From Octopus vulgaris (Eukaryota): a stretch of 64,000 nucleotides of DNA. Below, in pieces: positions 41,444-53,997 of this stretch. Each line of letters starts with the position of its first letter. Position 1 is the stretch's first letter. The DNA lies in the NCBI GenBank assembly GCA_951406725.2, contig OX597822.1, forward strand, positions 44,516,001 to 44,580,000. Direction: 5' to 3'. A program made the position numbers and the translations under genes. Under the pieces are notes generated by a model. The model did not search any database and was not told the origin of the DNA. It was given only the letters and a program-made list of their open reading frames with translations.

Positions 41444-41590
41444 GTGATGCTGGTGATGACGACACCAATGATAATGACGATGATGATGATGATGAGCATG
41501 ATGATGAATATGAGGATGAACATTACGACGACGAAGATGATGATGATGACGACGATGATGATTATTATTAATGCCGATGATCATGATGAC
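40412..41590. repeat. (ACT/GCT)n followed by a long degenerate (GAT)n microsatellite
   Basis: Directly visible. Confidence 0.9.
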
Positions 41591-41872
41591 ATTACATGCT
41601 TCATTCTGTTGGTCATGGCTGAAGTGTCCGTTTGGTAACGTTGTCAAGTGCTCACCATGTCATCAAGCCTGTCTGACGATATTGAAGATTAACTCATAAT
41701 AAATGCAGAGGGACACAAACGCTCAGACAACAACATAGCAACAGAAACAAAAACAAAAAAAAAAACACTGGCAGAAACATTCATGTCAATACATACATAC
41801 ATAAATACATACATACATACATACATACATTCATACATACATACATACATACATGCATACATACATACATGC

Positions 41873-41940
<68 letters not shown>

Positions 41941-42022
41941 ATATACATATATACATGCACAGACACACACACACACACATATACATACTTGTATATATAT
42001 ATATACATATGATATAAATATA

Positions 42023-42237
42023 TATTTCTTTACTGCCCAGAAGGGGCTAAACATAGAGGGGACAAACAAGGACAGACGAAGGGATTGAGCCGATTATATC
42101 GACCCCAGTGCGAAACTGGTACTTTATTTATCGACCCCGAAAGGATGAAAGGCAAAGTTGACCTCGGCGGAATTTGAACTCAGAACGTAACGACAGACGA
42201 ATATAACACTAAGCATTTCAGCCGGCGCGCTAACGTG

Positions 42238-42240
<3 letters not shown>
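42023..42240 (-). mobile_element. SINE family A
   Basis: Matches 32482-32712. Confidence 0.9.
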
Positions 42241-42282
<42 letters not shown>

Positions 42283-42320
42283 GTATATACGCACACACAA
42301 ATACACACATACACACACAG

Positions 42321-42376
<56 letters not shown>

Positions 42377-42812
42377 ACACACACATATATTTATACCAAG
42401 CAAGTAACAAGGGTGTTCATTTATTACTGCATTACGGCCGTTTCAAGCGGCTCCAATTAGTGCATTACGGCGGTAATGTACTAATGCCTGGTCATCCTTG
42501 TTACTTATTTGATTTCTGTTAACCTAACTCCGGACTGACTTGGTGCCTCAACTTAATTACCTAATTCAATTGAATATTCATTATTTCTAATAATACCCCA
42601 TAATGTTCAAGAAGTATTTGGATAACTTCCTTCAATAAATCCCGGATAAACCTCTTTCATCTGGAAATATCTCCGTAAACAATAACTCTCTACTTGATTG
42701 GGTTATGTTGTCCGATTCCTGATTTGAATGAGTTTGCCTGGTGGTGTTATTAAGTTAGACATGGCCTGGGCCAACACTGGCCGAAACCTATCATAGTATG
42801 AAAGTATATATA

Positions 42813-43230
42813 TAGCCTTGGCCAAAAGTATTAGGCCAACCCAATGTTTTGGGGTCCTGCTATTTCAATGTTAATGAAACTCGTGAACATGGTACATTAT
42901 GGTATATTTAACGATATACATTCGTTTTAATATCTGGTTGGCCCTCTTTTAACATCAATTACTGCTTTTCTACAGTTAGGCATTGAATCAACTAGTTTCT
43001 TGCAGGTTCTAGGCACAATTTTACTCCATTCTTCTACCAACTTTTGTTACAAATGCCCTTTATTTTTAATTGATGTGTTCCTGATAACTTCACCAAGAGT
43101 TCTCTATAGGTGTTCAATTGGATTTAGATCGGGACTTTGAGCTGGCCAGTCTGTGGGAAAAATAACCTGTGTCTCAAACCATTGATGATTTGGAACAAAT
43201 GATTCCAAATTAAACACCAATGATCCACTT
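42813..43230 (-). mobile_element. Tc1-like transposon 3' end with transposase C-terminal pseudogene (42927-43190)
   Basis: Minus strand reads WFETQVIFPTDWPAQSPDLNPIEHL*...LVEEWSKI...CKKLVDSMP..RKAVIDVKRGPTRY*. Terminus AGCCTTGGCCAAAAGTATT lies next to (TA)n. Confidence 0.9.
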
Positions 43231-43616
43231 CTCATTGTTAATTATTGATCCATTTCTTATCTTCTCTGTATATATATATTAAACCACGGTTTTACCTTTC
43301 AATTACCTACTACCATATACCTTATAACGAGGACTATACATAAAGAGGTAATACACCAGGAGTGCCTACGGATACATCTATCCCTTAGATGGTTGCATAA
43401 CCTCTAACTTATATCTGCTTAATATATATATATATATATATATATATGTTAAATTATTATTAGATTTTTTTTTACCTGCCAGAGGGAGTGTTTGTCCAGG
43501 ATAGGACTACACAGCCACAGCAGGAAATGTATCAGGACATGAAATATAAAAGCCGGACTAGACTACTTCATGCGCAACTCCATTGTCTCCCGAGACAGAA
43601 AAGATGCCAATACAAT

Positions 43617-43660
<44 letters not shown>

Positions 43661-43884
43661 TATATACCTTGTGTTATATACACATGCATGTTTGTGTAAG
43701 TGTGTATATGTGTATATTTTGTGTATTTTTATGCATATATATGTATATGTAAATATATATAAGCATGTGTGTGTATACATATACGTTTATCCACACACAA
43801 ACAGAGATATACGTATATATAAGTAGAGAGAAAAAGATATACACATACACACGCACGCATGCATGCATAAATATATTATTTTTT

Positions 43885-44098
43885 TCAAACTGTAACCACA
43901 TGCCAATCGCTGGCGATTTTTTTTTCCTCCGTCTTCCATTTCTATTAGACTTTCCTTTCTCTCGTGTTTCTGAAGAGCTTTCCTCGAAACGTAAGAACAC
44001 CTTTCTTTCCTTCTCTGAGCGTCTGCTAAAACTTTACATGTACCACGTCTTCGTGTTGTTTTTTAGTGTTTGTTCTTCGTTTTGGGGATTTACTAAAT
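43885..44098 (+). mobile_element. Short Penelope-type element containing a minimal hammerhead motif
   Basis: Shares TGTAACC...TGGCGATTTTT and CTCGAAACGT...AGCGT blocks with 59715-59893 (minus). Contains an intact CTGAAGA...GAAAC core. Confidence 0.55.
43964..44000 (+). ncRNA. Putative minimal type I hammerhead ribozyme
   Basis: GTGTTT-CTGAAGA-G(CTTTCCT)C-GAAAC-GTA-AGAACAC: CUGANGA and GAAA boxes, palindromic ACGT in place of helix III, GUA cleavage triplet, and helix I GTGTTT/A(G)AACAC. Confidence 0.6.
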
Positions 44099-44681
44099 AC
44101 ATTTACATCCATACACATATAAAGACATGCCTGCACCAGCAAATGAGGATTAATTTATAACACACACATAGATATCTAACCTAAACGTTAAATCATCGAC
44201 ACAAACAATGACAATGGCTCCTCTATTGCACATAACATCCGTATATCTACGTGTATACACTTCCAAGAACAACCATTTTTCGGCATACAAATATTCCCAA
44301 ATGATTGTGTGCCTTACAATCAACCTCTTGGGAGTTGCATCATTCCAAACACCGGCATTTTGTTGTTGACCATCATTTCCGCTCCCCACAATAGGAAAGG
44401 CCGATCACTTTGCACAAAGAAATTACCTTCGCCCTTTCTCAAACTTTCTCCACCCATTCCCCCCTCTCTCTCTCTCTCACTTTAAGTACAAAATATATAC
44501 ATACACACGTATGTACGTAAATGCATACAAAAGTACATGCATATAAACGTACATACATACAAATATATATACATACAAACACACACAAACACATACATAC
44601 ATACATACATAATACATACATACATACATACATACATACATACATACATAACCAAATATATACACTTTTGTACATGTATAC

Positions 44682-44745
44682 GTAATCATATGCTTGTCTC
44701 AAAGCTTAAGCCATGAAAGTGTAATTCATGCCGTAAACAAATGGT
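44682..44745 (+). pseudogene. 18S rRNA 5'-end fragment
   Basis: GTAATCATATGCTTGTCTCAAAGCTTAAGCCATG closely matches the conserved eukaryotic 18S 5' sequence GTAGTCATATGCTTGTCTCAAAGATTAAGCCATG. The rest of the gene is absent. Confidence 0.8.
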
Positions 44746-44884
44746 ATTATATATGTGTGCATATATACATATATATGTTTGTGGCCTGAACATGTAAGTT
44801 TAAATATATATATATATATAGATAGAGAGAGAGAGAGAGGGAGAGAGAGAGAATATATATATATATATATACTCTACTCTCTCT

Positions 44885-45083
44885 CTCTTACTTGTTTCAG
44901 TCATTTGACTGCAGCCATGCTGGAGCACCGTCTTTAGTCGAACAAATCGACCCCAGGACTTATTCTTTGTAAGCCCAGTACTTATTTCATCGCTCTCTTT
45001 TGCCGAACCGCTAATTGACGGCAACGTAAACACACCAGCATCGGTTGTCAAGCAATGCTAGGGGGACAAACACAGACACACAA

Positions 45084-45182
<99 letters not shown>

Positions 45183-45316
45183 AATCCACTCACAAGGCTT
45201 TGGTTGGCCCGAGGCTATAGTACAAGACACTTGCCCAAGATGCAACGCAGTGGGACTGAACCCGGAACCATATTGTTGGTAAGCAAGCTACGTACCTCAC
45301 AGCCACTCCTGCGCCT
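44885..45316 (-). mobile_element. SINE family B
   Basis: Near full length, with internal (CA)n(TA)n. Confidence 0.9.
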
Positions 45317-45317
45317 G

Positions 45318-45354
<37 letters not shown>

Positions 45355-45393
45355 GCACACACACACACATACATATAAACATATAATATGTAA

Positions 45394-45426
<33 letters not shown>

Positions 45427-45598
45427 CATATATATATATATATAAACAAATACATATATATATGTACAGATGCACTTTTAGATACACGCAGGAACCGAAA
45501 TCGAATTACATTGGAACAGCATGTGTTTGGCAGCTTGTACCTTTTAATTATAGTTTATGATGATATATAACTTATCAATTTATATATCAATGCATCAT

Positions 45599-45650
<52 letters not shown>

Positions 45651-45651
45651 A

Positions 45652-46098
45652 CAGGTCCTCATCGACTTACGACATGTCCGATTTATGACGGACCGACTTT
45701 ACAACGTTTGTCGCGGCAGCTACCAGCAGTCATAATATATAACCTAGTTGAAAGCTAATGGGTTTAATTTCTTAGAAATTAACCCGTCTACGGATGACGT
45801 CAGCTAACAAACGCTTACCCTATGTTTGGTTTTCGATCGACACTGTGGCTATCCCAAGTGTTGGATGAATATCCTGTCGCGGAAACATCGATGTAGCCTC
45901 GTATTTATTTATTACATGACTGCTTGTGTCCCCGAACAAATAACACTGTTGTAGTATAATACAGAATGTTGTGTGTGACTTTTACGTGAGAATGTACCTT
46001 AAGAATGTGAAAATATAAAGGAAAGCTATGTAGGCCTATAGACCGACTTACGACCAGTCAATCGCAATTAATTGTGGTCGTAAGACGACGACGATTTG
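45652..46098. mobile_element. Tigger-like MITE (about 450 bp)
   Basis: Imperfect TIRs CAGGTCCTCATCGACTTACGAC and GTCGTAAGACGACGACGATTTG, TA on both sides, and subterminal CCGACTTACGAC repeats. Confidence 0.75.
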
Positions 46099-46126
46099 TA
46101 TATATATGAATTTAACACCTAACTAA

Positions 46127-46170
<44 letters not shown>

Positions 46171-46243
46171 GCGAGAATGAAGCAACAAGAATGGATAGGT
46201 TTTTAGTACAAAAACCTATCCATTCTTGTTGCTTCATTCTCGC
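46171..46243. repeat. Perfect 34-bp inverted repeat with 5-nt loop
   Basis: GCGAGAATGAAGCAACAAGAATGGATAGGTTTTT-AGTAC-AAAAACCTATCCATTCTTGTTGCTTCATTCTCGC. Confidence 0.95.
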
Positions 46244-46355
46244 TTATAATCACCCCACATTACTGTATTGTTAAATCAGTATAGTTTTTTTTGGTGCATC
46301 TAAGTTAGGTACCATATTCAAGTAAATTCATTTAAATTAACTTGAATCTTTATTG

Positions 46356-46398
<43 letters not shown>

Positions 46399-46766
46399 GC
46401 AGCCGTTGCTGTGTAGTAAGTAGCCTGCTTACCACCCACATCGTTATGAACCAACAAAGATCTCTATGATGAGTCATGTCACTATCGTATACCAATCAAA
46501 TCCTTTCCCAAAAATGTACTAATTTGAGCCACGAATTCCCTATAAAAACAGGGCTTTGTCAAACACTAGTGAGAAGCAAGACAACTGTGATATAAGCCAA
46601 GTCTTCCTATTTCAACTTTTTGAAAATCATTGTAAACTGTGAAACCGGTTACGGCTTCTAATATTTTAATCAAAATATTAAATATTTTAACTATTCTCAG
46701 TGCATTCTCAACTTCTGTTTGTTCCTACATATATATGTATATGTATGTTTGTATATATATATATAT

Positions 46767-46828
<62 letters not shown>

Positions 46829-46886
46829 ATATATACACACATACACACATTTATATACACTTATATATGTATACGTAAATATGCAA

Positions 46887-46948
<62 letters not shown>

Positions 46949-47129
46949 TTGTGGGGGGATATTACGTATGCATATGATGTTTGCTTTTATTATTTTTCTG
47001 TGTATGGACTTGAAATTTATTGCAAAGCTGCATGATAAACAATAGAATTACCACTATCGCCACCACATCTGCCATACACACAATATGCATACCTCTGACG
47101 CCACCACCATCAATACCTTTGACTTCGTT

Positions 47130-47500
47130 ACTCTGATGTAGCGATTTTCTTTTGCCTTTTCTGACAAATTGTCCTTTCCTCATCGGATAAGACTTATATC
47201 TGATGTCTTCGTGGACAACATTTCTGATTGTTCCTTCTGACACATGGAGGTCTTTTGCAATTTACCTCATGGAATTTCTGGGATTGTTGGATAAATTCAG
47301 GTCTTCTAATTATTTCAGAGCGTTTAGAATGCTTTTTATGCTTTGATACTGCTACTGATACGTTTCCATCTTCAGTCTCTAGCTCCTTACAAACATTGTA
47401 GACGAAAGATCTGGAAACTGTTAAAAGTCAAAATATTTCTAAATCTCTAAGCTCAGCTTTTATAACCACTACAACAGCATGACATTTTCTTTCTTGAGTA
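47130..47500 (-). pseudogene. Tc1/mariner-superfamily transposase N-terminal (HTH) remnant
   Basis: Minus strand reads HAVVVVIKAELRDLEI...NPRNSMR*IAKDLHVSEGTIRNVVHEDIRYKSYPMRKGQF. Confidence 0.7.
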
Positions 47501-47679
47501 AGATGAGGGTCTGCTATTATTATTTTCTGAAACAAAGATTATATAGAGTTAGCAGGAAATGCAGCAATGACCCCCCCACCAAAATGTATGTCCTTAAATA
47601 CCTTACGCACTGTACATGCTTATATGTATATGTATGTGAGTATGTGTGCGTTTGCTGGTGGGAGTGTTCTTTCTATATG

Positions 47680-47885
47680 TGTTTGTCCCTCACTACCGGT
47701 TGACAAACTAATGGGGTGGTGTTTACGTCCCCGAAAATTAGGCGTTCAGCAAAAAGCGACCTATCGTATAATTACCAAATATTAAAAAAAAAGACTGGTG
47801 TTGATTTCTTCGACTAAATCCCTTCAAGGGGGTGTCGCAGCAGGATTGGAATCTGATGGCAGAAACAAGATAAAAGATAAAAGAA
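47680..47885 (+). mobile_element. SINE family B 3' half, degenerate
   Basis: GTGTTTGTCCC...GGTGTTTACGTCCCCG...TTCGACTAAA...GAAACAAGATAAAAGA. Confidence 0.65.
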
Positions 47886-48626
47886 GTGTATGTATGTGTG
47901 TGTGTGTTCGTGTGTGCGTGTGTGTGTGTGTGTGAAGCATTGTTGTCTGATGACACCCAGGATATCTAACAGATTCAATGTTTGGTAAAGGCTGATCACG
48001 TCAAGAATGTCTTTGATCAAAGGCCTGCCTGACCAAGTCTGACCTGTGTCAAGCAACAACAATACAATTACAAACAATAACCGTTATTAATAATAAGTTA
48101 TCGCAGTTATCTCAATGTGCGATAAGGATGTGATTGAGATTTTTCGTTTCTCTTCTATTCTACGTGGTTATTATTTTTATTTATTTGAGAATTCAGATTA
48201 TTGATGGCACATTTACAAACAAAGTGTTCGTTACTAAACACTTAGAAGAAGAAGAACCGACATTGTAATCTAGGATATTGATAAGAGAAATGGAGGGGAG
48301 AAAAGAACATATTGATATAAAATCACGGATGATTGATGGTTAGAAAAAAAAACAATTTGATGAAATAAAGCGAGTAAGCACAACAGAAACGATATCAATG
48401 AGTAAAGAGTGCGAAGGAGGGGCGGGAAGATGGACATGAATGAAATAAGATAGGATAGAAAATTGGAAGAAAGGGAAAATTAAATGAAAAGAATGAGTTG
48501 AATATAGAAAAGAAAATAGAGAGAAATAAAAGAACGTTCTGAAAGAGATACAAAAACTGAGAAACTATGAATTAGAGAAAATTTCTATATCGTTCATATA
48601 AGCGTGCGTATATGCGTATGTTTACA

Positions 48627-48732
<106 letters not shown>

Positions 48733-48807
48733 AAGATATAGATATATGTATACATAAACGCACGCATACACACTCACTTATATAAATATGTGTGTGTGTG
48801 TGTGTTG

Positions 48808-48866
<59 letters not shown>

Positions 48867-48918
48867 CTCTGTATGCCTCTCTCTATCTCTTTCTCTTTCT
48901 CTCTCCCTACACGCACAT

Positions 48919-48949
<31 letters not shown>

Positions 48950-48959
48950 ATATATATAC

Positions 48960-49080
48960 GTGAAGGCGAATGGCCCAGTGGTTACAACGTCGAGCTTATT
49001 ATAGTAAGGTTGTGAGTTCGATTCCGGACTGGGTGGTGTATTCTGTCCTTTATTCACGTCGCTCCAATTCACTCTTCTGA
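48960..49080 (+). mobile_element. SINE family D 5' part
   Basis: GTGAAGGCGAATGGCCCAGTGGTTAC...GAGTTCGATTCC. Confidence 0.8.
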
Positions 49081-49127
49081 AGATGAAAAGGAAGAGGAAT
49101 ATAATAATTACAACAACAACAACAATG

Positions 49128-49194
<67 letters not shown>

Positions 49195-49195
<1 letters not shown>

Positions 49196-50778
49196 TAGAA
49201 AAGAATACTATAGACGAGTTAGATCAATACTAAAAACAGAGCTCAATGCTAAAAACAAGATAATAGGTATTAACACTTTGGCTGTCCCAGTTATAAGTTA
49301 CAGCTACAACATCCTTAACTGGACGCTAAATAAACTGACCAAAATAGATGGGAAAACAAGAAAAATAATGACAGGATCTAGGATGCATCACCCAAAGTCT
49401 GACATAGATAGGCTATATATACAACGTATAGAAAGTGGTAGAGGCCTTATACAGCCGGAAAACTATTATAAAATAACCACCATAGGACTGCAAAATATAT
49501 ATACTTCAGAAGCAAGGAAAACTGATACAAATATCGGCAAAACACGAGAAAAAACAAAAAACTGTTCTCAGTATTTAAGGAAGCTGACAAATACAAACAA
49601 GAAATCATACCACCTACCAAATATTAAAAAGGAGAAGAAGAAGAAGAAGAAGAAGAAGAAGAAGAAGAAGAAGGAGGAGGAGGAGGAGGAGGAGGAGGAG
49701 GAGAAGATGAAGGAGGAGGAGGAGGAGAAGAAAATGATGATGAAGGAGGAGGAGAAGAAGAAGAAGAAGAAGAAGAAGAAGAAGATGAAGGAGGAGAAGA
49801 AGAAGGAGGAGGAGGAGGAGAAGAAGAAGAAGAAGAAGTAGAAGAAGAAGAAGAAGAAGAAGAAGAAGAAGAAGAAGAACAACAACAACAACAACAACAA
49901 AAACTATAAAGCAAATGAAATCAAAACTAAAACTAGAACAGCAACGGACCTTGGTAAAACGGTAGTAAGAAAAGCCCCTTCATGGCAAATACTGGACTAA
50001 ACTAAATGCAAAAGAAATAGAAAAATCCCAGCAATGGTTGAGAAGCTCAGGACTCAAAGCAAAGAAGGAGGGATTTTTAATTGCAGCACAAGACCAAAGC
50101 CTCCCCACCAGAAATTACCAAAAACATATAATGAAAAGAGACATAACAAATAACTGCAGAATATGTGGAGATGAACTAGAAACAATAAAACATATCATCT
50201 CTGGCTGCCCAGGCCTGGCTACGAAGGAATATATTCACAGACACGACAGAGTTGGGACCTACATACACTGGAAGCTATGCGAACATTATGGAATAACAAC
50301 AGAGAAAAAAGGATGGTATAGGCACACACCAGAAAAGGTCACAGAAAACGAGAAGGCAACCATACTCTGGGATCTACCAATATACACAGAAAAATTAAGG
50401 CCAATAGGCCAGATATAGTTGTCAAAGATCATGAGGAAAAATGCTTTTTAATTGATGTATCAATACCAGCAGATGACAACAAAGACCTGGAAATAGAGGT
50501 AACTCGAATGTGGAATCTAAAAACAGAAACAATTCCTATCATAGTAGGCGCTTTAGGTATAATAAAAAAATATTCAGACAAATACATAACAGAAACAACA
50601 GGACTTACAACCACATATAACATGCAGAAAATTGCACTACTGAGCACTGCACACATCCTACGCAAAACACTTTTAATACAGTAACCATCAGAGCATCACA
50701 ACAAATCACAGCACATGCCCAAGGCACACAGAGCTGCGCTCGGTAGTGAAGTGAAAGCACGCTATAAAAATAAAATTA

Positions 50779-50781
<3 letters not shown>
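49195..50781 (+). mobile_element. 5'-truncated, decayed R4/Dong-like non-LTR retrotransposon
   Basis: RT thumb region (KEYYRRVRSILKTELNAKNK...RLYIQR..GRGL), then AAQDQSL, CCHC finger CRIC..ETIKHIISGC, RHD, RLE motif RPDIVV...LIDVSIP (from 50406), and stop at 50682-50684. (TAA)n on both sides. Frameshifts and stops present. Confidence 0.92.
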
Positions 50782-50844
<63 letters not shown>

Positions 50845-51319
50845 CATAACAATAATAATAATAATAATAATAGTACTAATAATGATTATAGTAATAATAA
50901 TTAAATGATAATAACTATTATATATAAAAGAAAATATATGGAAACCAATAAGCGAAGAACAACAAAAAATATATATACTATTAGAATCCAATTCCCCGTG
51001 GGGCAAAATATTTGATAACATTGTCAAATGCAAGAAAACACCGAACATGTAACATATCACCATCACCAGCAACACACCACCATCACCACCACCACCAACA
51101 ACAACAACAGCATGCCGTCACCTTCATCATTACTATAATGTAAATCACCCATAACGTCACATTTACTACCACAAATACCACCACCTCCACCACCACCACC
51201 ACCACCACTTCCACCACCACCATCAATATCTCTACTAACGTCACCAACAAAATCACTTCCACCACCGCTGCCATCACCACCACCACCATCACCACCACCA
51301 CCATCACCACCGCCACCAC

Positions 51320-51463
51320 CAACACTATGAAAATCACTACTACTACTACTAGTACTACTACTACTACTACTACTACTACTACCGTTGTTATCGCCACCAC
51401 TGTCCCCATTACCATCGCCACTATCACCACCATCTCCAACCCCCACCACTATGAAAATTACTA

Positions 51464-51496
<33 letters not shown>

Positions 51497-51840
51497 AACT
51501 GATACCACTATTACCGTTATTATCGCTACCACCGTCACCATTACCATCGTCATCACTCCGCCACCACACCTCCATCACCACCAGCACTATGAAAATCACT
51601 ACTACTACTATTACTAGTACTAGTACAAATGCAACAATTATTACTACTTCTACTAATACTACTACTACCACTACCATTGTTATTACCGCTACCACCGTCA
51701 CCATTACCATCGCCACCACTACTACCACCTCCTCCAACACGACCACCACCATATGAAAATTACTACTATTACTACTACTACCACTACTACTACCGTTATT
51801 ATCGCTACCACCGTCACCATTTCCTTCGTCACCACCACCA
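51320..51840. repeat. Complex minisatellite of four 125-165 bp units
   Basis: TATGAAAAT(C/T)ACTAC...TTATCGC(C/T)ACCAC(C/T)GTC(A/C)CCATT recurs at about 51326, 51450, 51588 and 51752. Confidence 0.8.
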
Positions 51841-52643
51841 TCTTCTCCACCACCACCACCAACAACAACAACAATGTCATCATAACTATCGTCAGCGCCA
51901 ACGTCACAGTTTATCTCAGTTACAGCCAAAACTTCTTCGAATCACATTCGATCTCATAAAACCAGGGATATGTTGGTTTAGAGGTTTCGCGTTCTCTGAA
52001 GTTAGGAATACACGGGAAGGTCACGGTTGGAAAGTCTGGGATTAGAGTACAGCTGGGTCAACACTGAAATTATTTATGCAAGCCTGCGATATGAAACATG
52101 GCAAGTACGTGCTTCTTCTGCAGTAGTTACGACCAGAGGGAAATAGCAACGACATGTCCCTCAAATCTTATTCTATAATCTTGAGTGAAGAAAGGACGCA
52201 TCAGATAAATGTTTGTTGTCTTGCATACACCTCCTATGTTAGATGGTCACGGTAGGATTTTAAATCATGCAACAACAGCAGCAGCAGAGACCAATGCCAA
52301 CGCTACAACCGACACAAATACCGTAGCGCTAACTACTACTACTACTACTACTGCAACCACCAGCACAACCACCACCATCATCGCCACCACCATTGCCACT
52401 ACCACAACTACAACCATCACAACCACCATTGTCACAACCACTACCATAACCACCACCACTACCATCATCACCACCACTATCCCTACCGCCACAACCACCT
52501 CCACCTCACCACCATCGCAACAACACTACCACCGCCAACACCACAATCTCTACCACTATTATTGCTACTGCTATTACTACTACTTCTCCGCTGTTACGAT
52601 TATCACAACTACTTTATCCCCCTCCTCCTCCTCCTCCTCCTCT

Positions 52644-52697
<54 letters not shown>

Positions 52698-52855
52698 AGC
52701 TACAACAACGATTAACGCCACGCAACCACCACTGGTGTCTGCAAATGGAGCCACAGCTTCTGTTGTTGTAATGGTACATTTACTACCACAAAACCACCAC
52801 ACCTATCTTCAACAGCAACTGCGAAAACTACAAATGCTACAATTAGCTCCACGAA

Positions 52856-52912
<57 letters not shown>

Positions 52913-53393
52913 GTGGCTATCGTTGAAACCAAACTACAACCAGAACTATTGGATAATTTGTTTGGGGCGGGGAGTCGTAATGGTGGTGTTGGTGGTGGTG
53001 GTGGGAAAGCAAGATGGAGGCTCATTGGAAAAAGTTTTTAAAAAAGTGTTGCATGATAGAGCGGAAGCAAAACAAAATGGTGGATGTTTTCGTTTCATTA
53101 AAGCAGTATTGTTTCATGGGAAGTTTTACGTCCTTTGGGATGGAAAGACATTGTTGGAGAGGGAGAAAGAGTGGGAGAGAGGAATTGAGAGAGAGAAAGG
53201 GAGGGCTGAGAGAAAGAAAGAGTAGACGGTGGAGAAGGTTGAGCAAGAAGGGACAAGCGAAGGGAATGCATAGTAGGGATAGTTATGTGTGTGTGTGTAG
53301 GTGTGTCTCACTGTATGTGTGTATACGTATATGGATGGATGTGTGTGCTCTCTCTTCCACTTTCCCTTTCTTTCTCCCTAAGTATGTATATAT

Positions 53394-53429
<36 letters not shown>

Positions 53430-53659
53430 CATACGCACACATATATATATAAATGTGTATACATATGCACGTGTGTATATTATGTGTGTGCCTGTGCATA
53501 TGTGCGTGTGTGTGTGCGTATGTATACGCACAGACACACATACATATGTACATACATACACACACACATATACAAACATATATGCCTATTTTTGCTTGTG
53601 TTGTGTGTATGTGTGTGTGTGTGAGCGTGTATGTATGTATATAGGTTTGTAAGTGCAAG

Positions 53660-53863
53660 CAGAGAGCGAGAGAAAGAGAGAGAGAGAGAGAAGGGGAGAG
53701 AGAGAGAGAAGGGAGAGAGAGCGTGAGAGAAATAAGGGTAGTGCGGTGGAAGTTGCTGGAATGAAGAGGAAATGGTAATCGGGGGATGGAGAATGGGGAG
53801 TGGGAGAGAAGGAAAGAGAGAGAGAGAGAGGTAAACAGGAAAGACGGAGAGGAATAGAAGAAC

Positions 53864-53897
<34 letters not shown>

Positions 53898-53954
53898 GAA
53901 TACAAGTTGGCTCGGAGAAAGAGGTCAAGGATGAGGGGGATAGTGTCAGAAAAT

Positions 53955-53997
<43 letters not shown>

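Noticed and set aside
44150-44389. 79-aa minus-strand ORF in unique sequence
   Set aside because: No recognisable homology or motif, and the length is within chance expectation.
51063-51929. 288-aa Gly/Ser/Val/Asp ORF
   Set aside because: It switches between repeat phases and is explained by the minisatellite.
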